DNA from: Magallana gigas
Lineage: Eukaryota
Assembly (NCBI RefSeq): GCF_963853765.1
Contig: NC_088855.1
Span: 2,418,001-2,482,000 of the forward strand
Direction: 5' to 3'
DNA length: 64,000 bases
The notes below the pieces were generated by a model, which made no database searches, was not told where the DNA came from, and saw only the letters and a program-made list of their open reading frames with translations. Made by a program: the position numbers and the translations under genes. The first letter of the stretch is position 1. Each line of letters starts with the position of its first letter. Shown here in pieces: positions 36,060 to 49,150 of this stretch.

Positions 36060-36787
36060 AGGGACCTAGACACAATTCGAGCTCAAAGATTTCAATTTAA
36101 TTACTCCATTTTTAATGTCTTAAATGGTTAATATTGGTATTTTTAATACTTTGTCAAATTTGAAAGTCAAATATTGAGTTACAAGCAAGATACACGTTTA
36201 AAATTCTTTGTTTTGTAAACAAAACTCGAGTCTTTTTATTGTTTACATATGCGTTGTATTGGTATAAGTTCCAAACAAATTTTGGTTGTTTTTTTTTTTC
36301 AATACTGTGGTTTCATCAATATTCGTTGAATACCAATTTTCGTGGATTTCATTGTTAAGTTGATCCACGAAATTAAATGTTCATTGAAGTGCAATTTCTA
36401 TTAAGATTTTGTATTGATATGGTCATTGGCCTTGAGTTTACGTATCCTTGAAACTGTGATTTTCACTTTATCCACGAAAATTGATACCCTTGAATATTAA
36501 TGAAACCACAGTAGTATTATTTATGAACACATTGAATCAGTTTATCTTGTTTGTCACGAGTCATTTTGTCAAAGAAATGGAAATGTCTCTACATTACACT
36601 ATTTGTAAACAAATTGAAGACTCAAGTTTTGTTTACATGACAAAAATTCAGACCTCTTAATGTCGCTTGTAACTTGACTTCAAACATTCAAATTTTTGTT
36701 AATCATTTAAAATGCACAAGTAAACCATTTTAAACATTAAATAAACGAAAAAATAAAATTTTAATATCAAATCGTGTCTAGGTCCCT
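36060..36787. mobile_element. Kolobok-like non-autonomous element (TTAA TSD) carrying a nested MITE
   Basis: ttaa|agggacctagacac ... gtgtctaggtccct|ttaa; purine-purine terminus with TTAA duplication is the Kolobok signature. Confidence 0.75.
36305..36511. mobile_element. Tc1/mariner-like MITE (TA TSD) nested in the Kolobok-like element
   Basis: ta|ctgtggtttcatcaatatt ... aatattaatgaaaccacag|ta. Confidence 0.75.
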
Positions 36788-36908
36788 TTAAAAGTCCTAA
36801 TCATAAAGCTATAAGGAATATTCTATTAACAATTGTTATTTCATTTGAATTCATTAATATTGACAGTACATCAAATGGATGACCAAGCAACGGTCTTCTC
36901 ACTGTTAA

Positions 36909-37420
36909 AGGGACTTAAACACGATTTGAGATCAAAATTTTTATTAATTTTTTTTGTATGAAATGGTTTACTGGTGCATTTTAAATGATTGACCAAAATG
37001 TTAAATAATGAAGTCAAGTTACAAGCGAGACATAGAGGTAAGTATTGATTATTATGTAAACAAAGCTCGAGTCTTATTGTTGTTTACAAAAAATGTAATG
37101 TAGAGAATTGCTCTTTCTTAGACAAAATGACTTGTAAAAAACAATTTTAACTAATTCAATATCTTCATAAATACTATCATCAACAAAAGAAAGTTATATT
37201 TTATTGAAACTTACACCAATACAACACACGTGTAAACAATGACAATAATCGAGCTTTGTTTACAAAACAAAGAATTATGAACTATGTATCTTGCTTATAA
37301 CTTGATATTTGACTTTCAGATTTTGACATAGCATTATAAACTTCTATATTTATCATTATAAACATTGAAAAAGAAAAAATAGAATTTGAAAATTTTAAGT
37401 TAAATCGTGTCTAAGTCCCT
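36909..37420. mobile_element. Second Kolobok-like element, related family
   Basis: ttaa|agggacttaaacacgattt ... aaatcgtgtctaagtccct|ttaa; internal tgtaaacaaa..ctcgagtc..ttgtttaca motif as in the neighbouring element. Confidence 0.75.
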
Positions 37421-38375
37421 TTAATAGAACCAGTCATCATCGATGGAGCGTATATAACAATATAGGGAACATCAAAAAAAGTGCCATCTATTTATATACT
37501 GAGATGACAAGTTTTGGCATCATTTTTTCTATCAATTAATGAAAATATTGAGTTTTTTTGCTGTTCACACCAACTAATCATGGTAACTTGTATTGCTTCA
37601 AAATAATTAATTGATAAAGTTAGCGGATTTTCTGTGATGTTGTTAACTTTGATGATTAAGTAACATTTCCTGTTCTTTGTTCTCTGATGTAAGAAATGAA
37701 GGTCCCTGGTTTTTGTTTAGGTTGCCGACTTTCATACCCTTTTTTCCCTAACGTTTGATACATATTGTAAGTGTTTTGTTTATCTAATTACGTTTTCATT
37801 TTCACAAATGTTTTCGTTGACCTGGTTCAGTAGAGAATAATTGGAAAGTAATATTGTTAGAAGTGATCGAGGGACCCACAGACATAAAATGCCGAGGTCC
37901 CGTGTCGTTGTTATGGAAATAAATTGATTAATTTCCTTAAAAAGTTCACATGTTGGTAATCTTTAATTTTGCTTGTTTGATAGATGATAGAAAATGGCAT
38001 CGTCAGTAAATTAAAGTTTTATACTTTCAAAAAATGTTTTATTCTTTAAGATGTGTGTTTCTTATAATTACAGTCAGGTACATGTACAGTAGACCGATGC
38101 GATGTTCCTCTTACTTTGAAATAGCGTATTTTTTTTTAAATAGCAAAAACGGTTGGTGTTTAAAATAGTGTATGAGGCAATGTTTGAAGTAGTCCTTTAT
38201 CTATCATGAACTTTCAATAATGTCACGTCAGTCAATTTCGCTTATATTGAAATAAGGATATATTGAAATAATTTGCATGGTCGCCTGAATTTCAATATAT
38301 CCGGAGTAGGCTGTATAGAATACGAATATCGAGGGACGTGAATTGAGTGAATTTGCAAAAGTTCCTGTTTCCTCA

Positions 38376-38460
38376 TCTTCGCTAGCCAAGTGTCCGATTC
38401 GTTTTTCTCATATTCTCTTCTCATATGAGAAAAAGGAATCGGACACTTGTCTAGCGAAGA
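38376..38460. repeat. 38-bp-arm hairpin
   Basis: tcttcgctagccaagtgtccgattcgtttttctcatat versus atatgagaaaaaggaatcggacacttgtctagcgaaga; two mismatches, short loop. Confidence 0.85.
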
Positions 38461-41131
38461 TAATGTTTCTTAGGAAAAGGTTGGACCACGTACTCGTAGA
38501 CCCATACTTGATTCTAACCTAGGCGGCAAAGATTTTTTAAAAAATTAGCAATATTTCATACTCAAGAAGTAATTTAAATAAATTTTTAACAGGGTATGGT
38601 AAACGAAGATTTGATACACAGACAGAACTATCAAACTATCTCTGATAATGAAAATGATTTATGATCTCTCTGGATATTCAAAGGTTTGTGTCTGACTGTA
38701 TCCCCATCCTTAAACAAATCCTTCCTTATTTAATTATTGAGAGGCATTGCATCCAATCCAACAAAACCTCACGTCTATTAAAAATATAAATAAATCACAT
38801 TTATTTAAATATTTATTATTGTTTTTGATGCTTTAAGCTTTTTTACTTCAAATGATGTAATATCACCTGTAATATCACCTGTTTTTTGTTCTCATCCTAT
38901 TATACTAATGATTATCCCAAAAATTAGGATGAATGGGTTTAAGGGAAGCCTCACAAATTGTTGCTTGAATAATTTAAAAGTTTTATTATTTAAACGTACA
39001 TGTATGAAGAATAACATGAAAGAAATATCGTACTGTGTGGGTTTTTTTGGCTATTAAAATACGCAGACGTTTGCTGATGGATGATATACGTATTTTTAAT
39101 TTTTAAGAAAAAAAAAACGACATCTTATGATTTAAGTTTTCTCAAGATTCTCAAATCTTCATTGTCATTAAGATTTTTCTATTTGTCTGCAAATTTTATC
39201 AGTTTCTTTTTAGAGGTTTGGAATCTTTTTATTATGGAGGAGATGTGTTTACTTGATGAATGCGATTTCGTAATAACAAATTTATGCATTCGTACGCGTG
39301 TAATGGATCCAAACCACTTTTTCCTAAATCGGGGGGGGGGGTCTTCTTGCTAAATGCAAATATATTAATATAATTATTAAACCGTATCAAATTCCTTTTT
39401 ATATAGAAGAATCTATTTTTAAGCGGGTTTTCCAAAGGAAGAATCTGGTTATTAAAATAGTGAAAATGGCGGGCGGCTGCCAAAGAGTACCCATATATGT
39501 ACGGCTAAATCTTTCTACAGTTTTCAAGATAAGAAGTTGTTGTTTTGCAAAATAATTGTTCATATATCGAAGATGTGCATACTTGGATTTTGATTTTTGA
39601 TAATGTATAAAATATATACCAGCCATTGAACTTCATATTCTCACAAAACACTAACGTATACAATATCCCTGGGTATCTCTGGATAGGTACAGGTAGTGTT
39701 TATCAATTCAGGGTTGACAAATGAATTATGGATAGTGTTCACACATAAGAGAACTCGTTTTGACTGCTTTTCTCTTTTTGTATTGTTTTGTAAAATACGA
39801 AAACTAGACTTTAGATGCAATCATATTAACGTGTAACCTATACAAAATTACAATACGGCTTGCATAATCAGGCTTGTTATCATGTGTACATATATCATTC
39901 CGAAGAACATAGCACAGATTATAAATGCTTCTGTATTTCCTGTAAATTGAAGCTTTACCCGCTTACTTCTGTTGGCATCAGAAGCAAATTTAAAATATAC
40001 CTCGTTTTAGTCTTTTGGATTTCTAATAAGTTTGAATATGTCTTAAGTTTGCACAACGTAATAGCCTCACAACTTTCGTACTAAGACGTATAGAACAAAG
40101 GATTAATGAATAAATTAATGTTAATAGCTGCAAGCAGTCATTTGTTATAAAAAGTTTATCATTTTCATATAGTACAATGTAGTTGTTTTTGTCGCATCAA
40201 GAGAACTTTCAGTGCTAATGTCTCATAAGTACATGAAATGCATGTGCATAGCATATCCGTTGATGAGGGGTTATTTCATCTAAGTCATCAGCACATTAGA
40301 TCCATATGCACCATTCCTAAAAATGATTTTGAATCTGCTGCATATACGTACAGATTCTCTCAATATTTGTTAAAGCTCACCTGGGCGAGAAGCCTTCGGA
40401 GCTTTGCTGATCAAGTTTTGTTCACTCAGTTTATTTTTATATTCATGCAACAGTTATAAAATGCTTGAATTTTTTGTAGGTGCTAGACTGAAAAATCCAT
40501 TCCTGACTATTCTGACGAGTGTGTAAGTGTTCATATTGTTTCAGTACAAGATATTCCCGAACTATTTAAACAATGCATGAGGCTTGGTAAAACGCAATAC
40601 TAATGTATCCCCTTTTATTTTGTAGTTGCTATGGGGAGATATGCAGCAGACAGACTATGTCCATTTTGATCATTAGGGTCCCTAGAAATGTATATTTGGT
40701 GGGAAATGTTTATCTGTTTACAAAATGACACACTTTTCCTTGTTTCACCTTATGTATTTTTGTATATTTACTTTTGTACGTTTTTCTTTAATTTGTTAAT
40801 TTGGTTAATTAGTTTATAAGGTACGAGGTAAGGTGGGTCTGTTTAGTTTTTTCATTATTGTAAAGATTTGAAGTAAGGTAAATGAATTAGAAGATGGACA
40901 AAAAATTAGTGACCTGAACTTCAAGTTAGAGAATGACACTTCATGTGTGACAATTTGTATTTCATTCAGATATTCTCTGTATCAGTTTGAATAAAGAATG
41001 GGTATGCAGATTACTCATCAGTGTTTGTAGTTTATTACATAACTATCATACGGGTTATATGTTCAGAAAATTCTAGACACAACTCAGTGTTGTTTTACCG
41101 ATACTTAGACACATTATAAAGTCCTCTTCCA

Positions 41132-41360
41132 GGGCTGCGATTTACAAAAGAACTCGCGACAGAGTCGTAAATGTTTTCAGTCTCATAGAATGGTCTTTAA
41201 TAAAAAAAAAAAAAAATTAAGCTAAAACCATTTATTTACAACTATTTTATTTTCCATAATATATTTTACAGCAATTCGAATAAAGCATTGATTAGTTAGG
41301 AATTAATTAGCATTCATTAATTTGGTCATAAGCCGTAAGTTCCTTTGTAAAACGCAGCCC
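41132..41360. mobile_element. Harbinger-like MITE
   Basis: gggctgcgatttacaaaag ... ctttgtaaaacgcagccc terminal inverted repeats; TSD not evident. Confidence 0.55.
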
Positions 41361-42797
41361 ATTATTCTATATTTTCTTAGTTTAAATCAGCTTAATTAAG
41401 GAATTAATTTTGTTCCACGTTATTAGGTCAGCGGATTCGATTATTAAAATCAATTCAGTCATTCAAATGAAGATTATCTTCAAATTATTCATTAATAGAT
41501 AACAAAGATGAGAAATCTAATTAAGTAGTAAATAGGATGTAGGTATCCACAAGCGTATATGAATTATACATGTATCTACCAGCGGGTACACAAACTCCAT
41601 GTATAGAAAAGGTCACGTTCCGTGCAGCCAAGGCTAATCAACTTGGCATTTATTTTATTTTAAATCTTCACAAGAATTACTTAAGCATATTTTATTAGTT
41701 TATTTAAATTTAAAAGTTAATTAGTTCTAATGTTGGTATGTTAGTTTCCCTTGTTTCTCTTTGTAATGTTAGTGAAATAGTTTTTTAAGCAAAATACAAT
41801 GACGGTTTGTAATCATGTTAAAAAATTATATTAATTAAATTATTGATTCTCTAAGTTCACGCGAGCACTGCAATTATCCTTGAATTTTGTGATCCTTTTT
41901 AAGCAGTAACGGTTCGTGTAAGGTACGTAAATTAAATCTACGTTTTGAAAATTGGTTGTCTCCCCTTTTTCGATCATGAACATCCTCTTCAGTTCTTTTC
42001 TATTTGTTTCAGCCATCATTTAAAAATGTTTTAATTTTTACTCTCCCGAAGGACAGACAAAAACGCACCCGTATTACATATCTTATTGTCATATAGAACA
42101 CAGTCGTTTGCATGACGTCTACATGTATTTTGAATTGAATCATACTTTTTTTTCAAATACAATTGTTCGTGAAATATTGAAAAACTATTCTGAAACTTGA
42201 TATTTTGAACATTTCAAAAAAATTAAATAGAGTTAAAATTCAATGTTAGGCACGAAGTTATGCATTGTTAATTAAACAAAAAAAATGTAAAAACAAATGA
42301 GCTTCGTTAAGATAAAAAGATGAGTAAACGTAGTTTGGATGCAAATATTGATTAACAGGCCGGTTTGTATTGGTTACAGAATATGATATTTAACACCCGG
42401 AAAAAATACATCAAAACGACATTAGCATCAAAATTCAGGCCTTTCCACCCGCAGGCAAGGGTAGACGCGGCAAGGATGAGGAAAACCTCATACGACTCTT
42501 CGCGATCGTCAATGGCATGACCAAAAAAAACCAAATCTAATACCAGTCTTCTGTGCACTGGAGAGGCAAAACATATATAAGTCCGTTTCGAGTTGTTTGA
42601 GAAAACAAAATGTGTATGTGCATTCCTTTTTAGTCAGAGGACATAAAAAGTGAATTTTAAGGCAAAACAATTATATTGCAAGTTAGTTGCAGCAGCAGAA
42701 ACAAAAAGGTATTCGATCCTATATTTGTTTCGGGACAGGTGTAAAGTTAGTGTGTGATTTCTTTTTAATTTTTTGCCTGGAATTCAGAACAAATTCC

Positions 42798-43021
42798 ATG
42801 TATTTTGAGACGATTGTGGTGTTGTGCTTCCTGTGGACAAGGGACTGTATGGGTGTCGTGATTGACAGCCAGTTTTCGTTTGTTGGCTGGCAGGATCATT
42901 CCATCGTAGCCCTGCTACCCACGGTGTATACACAGTCTCCAGATGGGTCACTGTCAACGTCTATCCTTTGTGCATCTAGATGTTTTCAGACTAGTCACTG
43001 CCATGTATATTATGTCTGCAG
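42798..43021 (+). CDS. Alternative (or orphan) first exon: signal peptide plus N-terminal half of a PAN/Apple-like domain
   Basis: MYFETIVVLCFLWTRDCMG...GWQDHSIV...LCASRCFQTSHCHVYYVC, donor tgcag|gtatgg in phase 2; clear paralog of 49151-49389; TATATAAG near 42575. Confidence 0.75.
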
Positions 43022-43047
43022 GTATGGACGTCATCAAGTCATTGTTG

Positions 43048-43050
<3 letters not shown>

Positions 43051-43121
<71 letters not shown>
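43051..43121. repeat. (TA)n microsatellite
   Basis: Direct reading. Confidence 0.95.
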
Positions 43122-43123
<2 letters not shown>

Positions 43124-43384
43124 GTTTTTAGTTATGTCTTCTATCAATGTTTCTTTGTAACAATGTTGTTGTTTTTTTCCATATGTCTGTCTTCTTGAAA
43201 ATATTCTGTCTTTCTTTGTTCTGGTTGGATTTTATTTGTTTGTGGATTTGGGTTAGGTTATTTTCAGGGGCTTTTTCATATATCTTTTTTTTATACTAAT
43301 GAAAGTTTAACTTCTCATTAAAAAAATTGATATATTAATTTATAGAAAAAGATAATGACACAAATTAATCTTTACAAAACCTAA

Positions 43385-43700
43385 TTTACAATCCGTCCGT
43401 CTGTCTGTCTGTGAAATCGTGTGCGGTCCTTATCATTTTATGGAGAAACATTGGAAGTTCGTACTTTAAACAAAGTTTGCATATGACCTGAGGGTGTGTC
43501 ATGATTTAGACCCAAAGTCATTTGGCCAAGTTCAAGGTCATTGGAAGGAAAAAGTGCAAAATACGTGCCCGGTCTATATCTTTCTTATAAGAAGATTGGA
43601 CGTTTGTACTTCACACACGATTGCTTATGACCTGAGGCCGTGTCATTAATTTGGACCTAGGGTCATTGTGCTCAATATTACTGAAAAGGAAAGTGTAAAA
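43385..43700 (-). mobile_element. HINE-like element fragment, reverse orientation
   Basis: ccgtccgtctgtctgtctgt tract followed by two copies of a core (tgcatatgacctgagggtgtgtcatgattt / tgcttatgacctgaggccgtgtcattaattt). Confidence 0.55.
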
Positions 43701-43899
43701 TTCGAGTCCAGTCTATATTTTACTTACCCCTGCCCCCCCCCCCCCCCCCCCCCCCGATGCTACGTGCCTGCAAAGTCACTAGTATAAAGGTATAAGAAAA
43801 ACAGTGCATCCATTATTTTCCAACAAGGAAATACATGTACTTGATTTATATTCTCGGATCAGCGGGAGGTACATTTGTTAGCTTGCTCATAGCTTATTC

Positions 43900-44460
43900 A
43901 ACAAGCATTCTGAGAGTATTGCATAAGCAATACACGTCCCCTACCGGTTTGTAGAAATTTGTGAAAACAATGCACTGTTAAGCAGAATATCATTTCTTAC
44001 CGTCTCAACAGACCAACCCGATAAGGAACCCGATTGTAATAATACAAAAAACCCTGTCGATTAAATTTACAACACAATGCTTGATACTATTTAACATAAC
44101 TTATTTGTTTGTTAGAAACAATAAAAGGAATGGTCCAAGTAATGCACGATATTATTACTGACAACATACTTTCCTCGTTTATTTGATACACACCGAACCC
44201 GAACATTAAACAATTGGAATATAGAAAATTTATTTTCTTGAAAATATGTCAACCAGACGCTACAAAAGTGTAAACTTGATCTGTAGTTTGATATTTTGAA
44301 GCTGCTCAGCAAGTTTCATATCATTCGTCCAACGCATAAAGAAAAAAAACAGTGGAAAACTGAAGTGTGTCCGGACGGACAGACGGACAGACGGACGGAC
44401 GGACTGACGGACGCAGAGGAAAGCTATAGTCCGCTCCGGTGAAACCGGTAGGGGACTAAT
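43900..44460 (+). mobile_element. HINE/Helentron-type element with subterminal inverted repeat and 3' hairpin
   Basis: 5' aacaag...gtcccctaccggtt; ggac/agac tetranucleotide tract; 3' tagtccgctccggtgaaaccggtaggggactaat. Confidence 0.8.
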
Positions 44461-46139
44461 TAAGGTGTGTTTTCTACTTATTGTTATTATAAACTTCGAC
44501 TCATTTTACGGCCCCTTCGGGTCATGATTTGAACAAACTTAAATATACCATATGATATATCAGAAAGCTAATGGCAAAGTTTGGAAAATACAGCTAGGCT
44601 ACTTGGTTCTTTAGAATAATGTTCTTAAACTACCCCACCCTATTTTCACTCTTTCCTAATTATCTCTGCATTAAAGAGGACATGGCCCTACATTTGAACA
44701 AATTGAAAAGCTGTACCTATAAGGGTGCGTTGTGCCAAGTTTGACTGAAAACAGTTAGTAATATCTTGGACTCCAAATACCAATATTTTCTCTGTAAGCA
44801 TTTCCTTTACATCATAACTTATTCTTTGTGCATAATTATTTAAATTTCATAATAAGAAACTCTACTTTTTAAATTGATTAAATTTCTTAAGTGCATCTAT
44901 GATGTAAAGAATTTTCGACCGATTAAAACTTATATGGGATATACGAAGTCTGGAATGTATATTTCGTTAAAAGTGTTTGGGTTTTTTTTTCTTAAATTAA
45001 CAAATTTACTCATATAATAGTAATTAAATAATTCCAGGCTCACTATTCAGTTTTGATTAAATTTTGTGGTTTCTTTGATTATGTCTCTGTAACGTGGAGA
45101 TGTGATGACTTCAGTGAATGGAACTCGTGGACAGAGAAAATGCTGGCAGTAGGCCTGGAGTACTGGAACTTTACATTTGCGTGTTTTATGATTCCTGAAA
45201 ATAGTAACAAATTACATTTCAAAGGAATACCAGAGATAACGTATCGTTCCCTGTATACACGGAATCGATTTCATGGCATGACAGACATATGTTAATCTGT
45301 GTTGCAATTATTAAATCCGGCGTGACAATGGTCTGTATAAACAAAAGGAGTTCTGACTGTGCAATATTTGATGTTTATATCGCTATGATTTCAATGCTTC
45401 GTGTGTATTTGTTTTTTGTTGTTCGATTTTTCGGTCTGTCTTTATCACAAATTTATCATATATGCATGCAGACTTTGCGAACCAAAATTTCCGTTTACTA
45501 CTGTATGAACGCAGAAAATTTTTGATTATCATTTTTCAATGGTGTTCGATAAACGGTAACGCCAACCTTTCCCGAAGAAAGGAAAAACAATTGACTGTGT
45601 TCACCCACTAAAAACGTGTTCCAATACACATACTCCTGTTAAATTTACACTTATATGCATGTTAAAGACAATTCTCAATAACATGGACAAGTGTAAGTTC
45701 GAAGTTAATGAATAAATTGATAATAACAAGTAAATTCATTCTAATGTTTCCTTTTCAATGAAAACTCCTTTTCCATACTCATCTTTATTCTGACCCACTT
45801 CTTCCCAAAAATTAAGAAATATATACATATTTGAAGAGCCATCAACAAAATTGTAATAAAGCACGCAGTCTTTCCTTATCAATAAATTTAGCGATATGTT
45901 TCTGTCTTTTACAAACTGCCTATTTATACATACAGTGCCCCCCCCCCCCCTTCTACGAGCGTGACTGTGTGTGCGATACGCGGTTGTAAGTTTGAAACAA
46001 CTTTCACAAATTTACTTTGTTCTGTGTATGTTTTGTTTGACAAAAGTTAATGTAAATATAAATATTTTGTAAATCTTTAACTGCGAGAGTACTTTAGTCT
46101 CTTGTATGTGAATTTACGTTTTTCAATATAAATTATAAC

Positions 46140-46275
46140 GGTTTATAGTTTGTAGAGATACCCGAGTACGACCTCCGTGATCGGTAGTGGTTGTACGTGA
46201 GAGGTTATGGTGTTTGTCCGCTCGGACACGTTGGTTCTTCCCGAATACTCCGGTTTCCTCCCAATGTTATACACT
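46140..46275 (+). mobile_element. Probable SINE remnant
   Basis: Contains ttcccgaatactccggtttcctccca, resembling the conserved gtactccggtttcctccca core of tRNA-derived SINEs. Confidence 0.4.
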
Positions 46276-47898
46276 GAATGGACTGTAAGAAGTCTACATT
46301 CTAGTGGGAACATACATTCAAAGGTTTTGAAATATCTTCTTTCGGGAACGATGGACGTTACCTTTTGCAATGCAATTGCTCAATGACAGGCGTAAAACTT
46401 TTGACCCAAAGAAATTCTACCACCTGTTTGAAATTGATTGCATTGTTTGCACTGGCAGCGTTCCCTGATGAAAGAAAGGTTGCTTGTTTTATAATTTACT
46501 GTTTGCCAGGGGCCTTATATTTTGCTAAGGGATAATTTCCGGACACAACATTCGGTATCAAAGATGGATGCACCCACGGATCCCGAGGATTGCCATGTGC
46601 ACCCCTGATTAAAAGTTAATATATTCATCATATACAGTTTCATACCGTGGAGGTAATAAACTCGACGTTGAAATCAAGAGTCCCGGGGTCACTACCGCCT
46701 TGTTTTTGTGTTTTGGTTTTTGGTTTATTTGTTTTTTAATTAATATCAATTTTTAATTTACGAATACTCTGAAAAGATTTGAACAAAACAAAAGTAATTA
46801 TTGTTCATCCATGAAGAAATAGCTATAGTCTACTAGTTTTCTGTTTATTTAACTCATGTACTTACTCTAAAACTGCATCGATCTCGTAAAATTTGTCCTT
46901 TAAAATACTGTGAAAATGAAAAATAATATTTTTGTCGTTTCTGTCATGCCGATAACTATAGCTTTTGGAGAAAACAAATTATTTTAAAAATTTAGAGGAT
47001 TTTGGATGCACTGGAATTCACTAGTAACTGACAAATATAATATAGTTAGTTGCAATTAAAACAATTCTAGTAAAATGAAGCTTTCACCACAACAATACAA
47101 CAAAAGAAACCACAACAAAATGAATCCAACAGGAAGAAAACAGTACTTGAAGCTTCAGTTGTACCGTAAATCACACAGCTTTACTTTCCTTTACATAAAA
47201 ACATAACATAATCTTAATATAAAAAACAAAATTTTTAAATCGTTTTTCTGCCCATGGGTTACAAAATACACAATGTTTATGGAAATAAAACCAAGGTTAC
47301 AGTTAGGGAGAATTAAAAGTAATAAATTAAACAGAATTAATATAATTTTTAGAGCCGGATAGGAAAGCGTCTTCAGTCTTCCGCTCAGTAGATAAACATA
47401 GAGGCTGGACTAGAGGTAAAGCATTGCATTACGTGGCTATGAGGGACTGGATATCTTAACAAATAAATCAATACAAAACCAACTCAGGGAGACATGCTCC
47501 TGAGTTTTGATCAAAATTAATATTGGACAAGACCAAAGAATTAATCCCATTTGGAGATTATCTGTTATAATTATAGAAATAGGACTTATAACGCATTCTC
47601 AAGCAATTTTTGCTCATTAGCATAGTATACTAGTAAATCAATTACTTTTTTCTATTTTGAAAATTATTTTAGTTCTGATTATATCAATATTTCAGAAACA
47701 AGAAGACTAAAGATTCAGTCATGTATATTTACCAAAATAATTAAAATTCTTTTTTTTCACCTAAAAGGTTGCAATGAGAAGAAGAAAACAATTTGAATAT
47801 ATTGTAAAACAATATTATGTTTTTTCATGTAAATTCAAAGCTATCCAAAGATGAACATATAAGCTTTAGAAACCTATGTGGATTAAAGTAGCATAGAG

Positions 47899-48488
47899 CA
47901 CTGTGCCGGATATTTATGCCAGTGTCAAGGTGGCATTTTTGCACCGATCGAAGCTGCATCTATCGAAAAATTCAAATATGCCATATTATAGACCATTGCT
48001 TATAGAGTTCACAACCAATTTTGTTATCATTGTATCTCACCTGTCAGGTGAGATATTTACCTTTCAAAAATAAATTCTTACAGGAAAATAATTTTTCCCA
48101 TAGGAAAAAAATATCACTATAAGAAATTTTAAATTTTCTATCGAAATACAAGAGCTTTCTGAAGAAATTTCAATTCTGATAGGTTTTGATAAAATCCGAT
48201 AGGAAATCTTTATTTCCTATAGGGAAACTACCTATCTGAATCAAATTCTTACAAGAAATATCATTATCCGATAAGAAATATATATATATATCTTACAGGA
48301 ATTATCATTTTCGTTTTGGATATTTTTCTAAAAGGTAAAAATCTCACCTGTCGGAAAAAACAAACTTAAAACAGAAGTGGTGTTATACTCTTCAGACAAT
48401 AGTCTATCATTATGTATATATGGATTTTTCCGAAACCGCATCTTCCAAAAATGCCACCTTGGCACCGGCATAATTATCCGGAACAGTG
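47899..48488. mobile_element. CACTG-terminal (EnSpm/CMC-like) non-autonomous element
   Basis: cactgtgccggatatttatgccagtgtcaaggtggcattttt pairs with aaaaatgccaccttggcaccggcataattatccggaacagtg; internal ataggaaa repeats; TSD not clear. Confidence 0.7.
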
Positions 48489-49150
48489 TTACATGTATAG
48501 ATTAAATTCAAAGTTAGAACAGTACAGTCATGAGAAAATATTCAATGCAATTCTAATGTTTAAACGATTGAAGTTTGAATACTAGTGTGTAATTTACTTT
48601 GAACGGGTGTTCCAAAAAGCTTTTCTAGTCAACTGAACTGTTTCCATTCTGAAGTCTGTATGAATGCTAATCATTATAATTATCAAGATTATTCTACCGG
48701 TTTATTCTTAAAAAAAGCGACAAAATCATGTAATTAAGTTTAAAACAAGTTTTCAATCACATATCTCCTTCACATCAGGACATTTTGTAAACAAATGCTG
48801 TGTAGCTCTGTTATTAGTTTCACTGAAGTATCCTTTGTAAAAAAAAAACAAACTTTAAACCACTTCCTGTACAGAAAATGATAAGGTTTTTTTGCACACA
48901 AATTATTGATGTTAATTGGGTTTTGCTGTTCAGCCATAGGGAACACAAATATCCATTGTGAATAAATTCAATATTGATCGTTACCCGTTCTACTGATTTT
49001 AAAATCAAAGGATTTTTTAATAATTGAGTTTAGTTCTGGGGTAACATTAATCACGTGAGACGTTATAGTTTCCATACAGTAGATATAAGTCATGATCTCA
49101 CCTTAAACTCTGACAATTTATAAAAAAAACACTTGGACTAAAGCACAACA

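Noticed and set aside
45053-45295. Possible second PAN exon belonging to the 42798 first exon (…TWRCDDFSEWNSW…EYWNF)
   Set aside because: The nearest AG gives phase 1, not the required phase 2; there is no convincing donor; and similarity to 51831-51921 is marginal.
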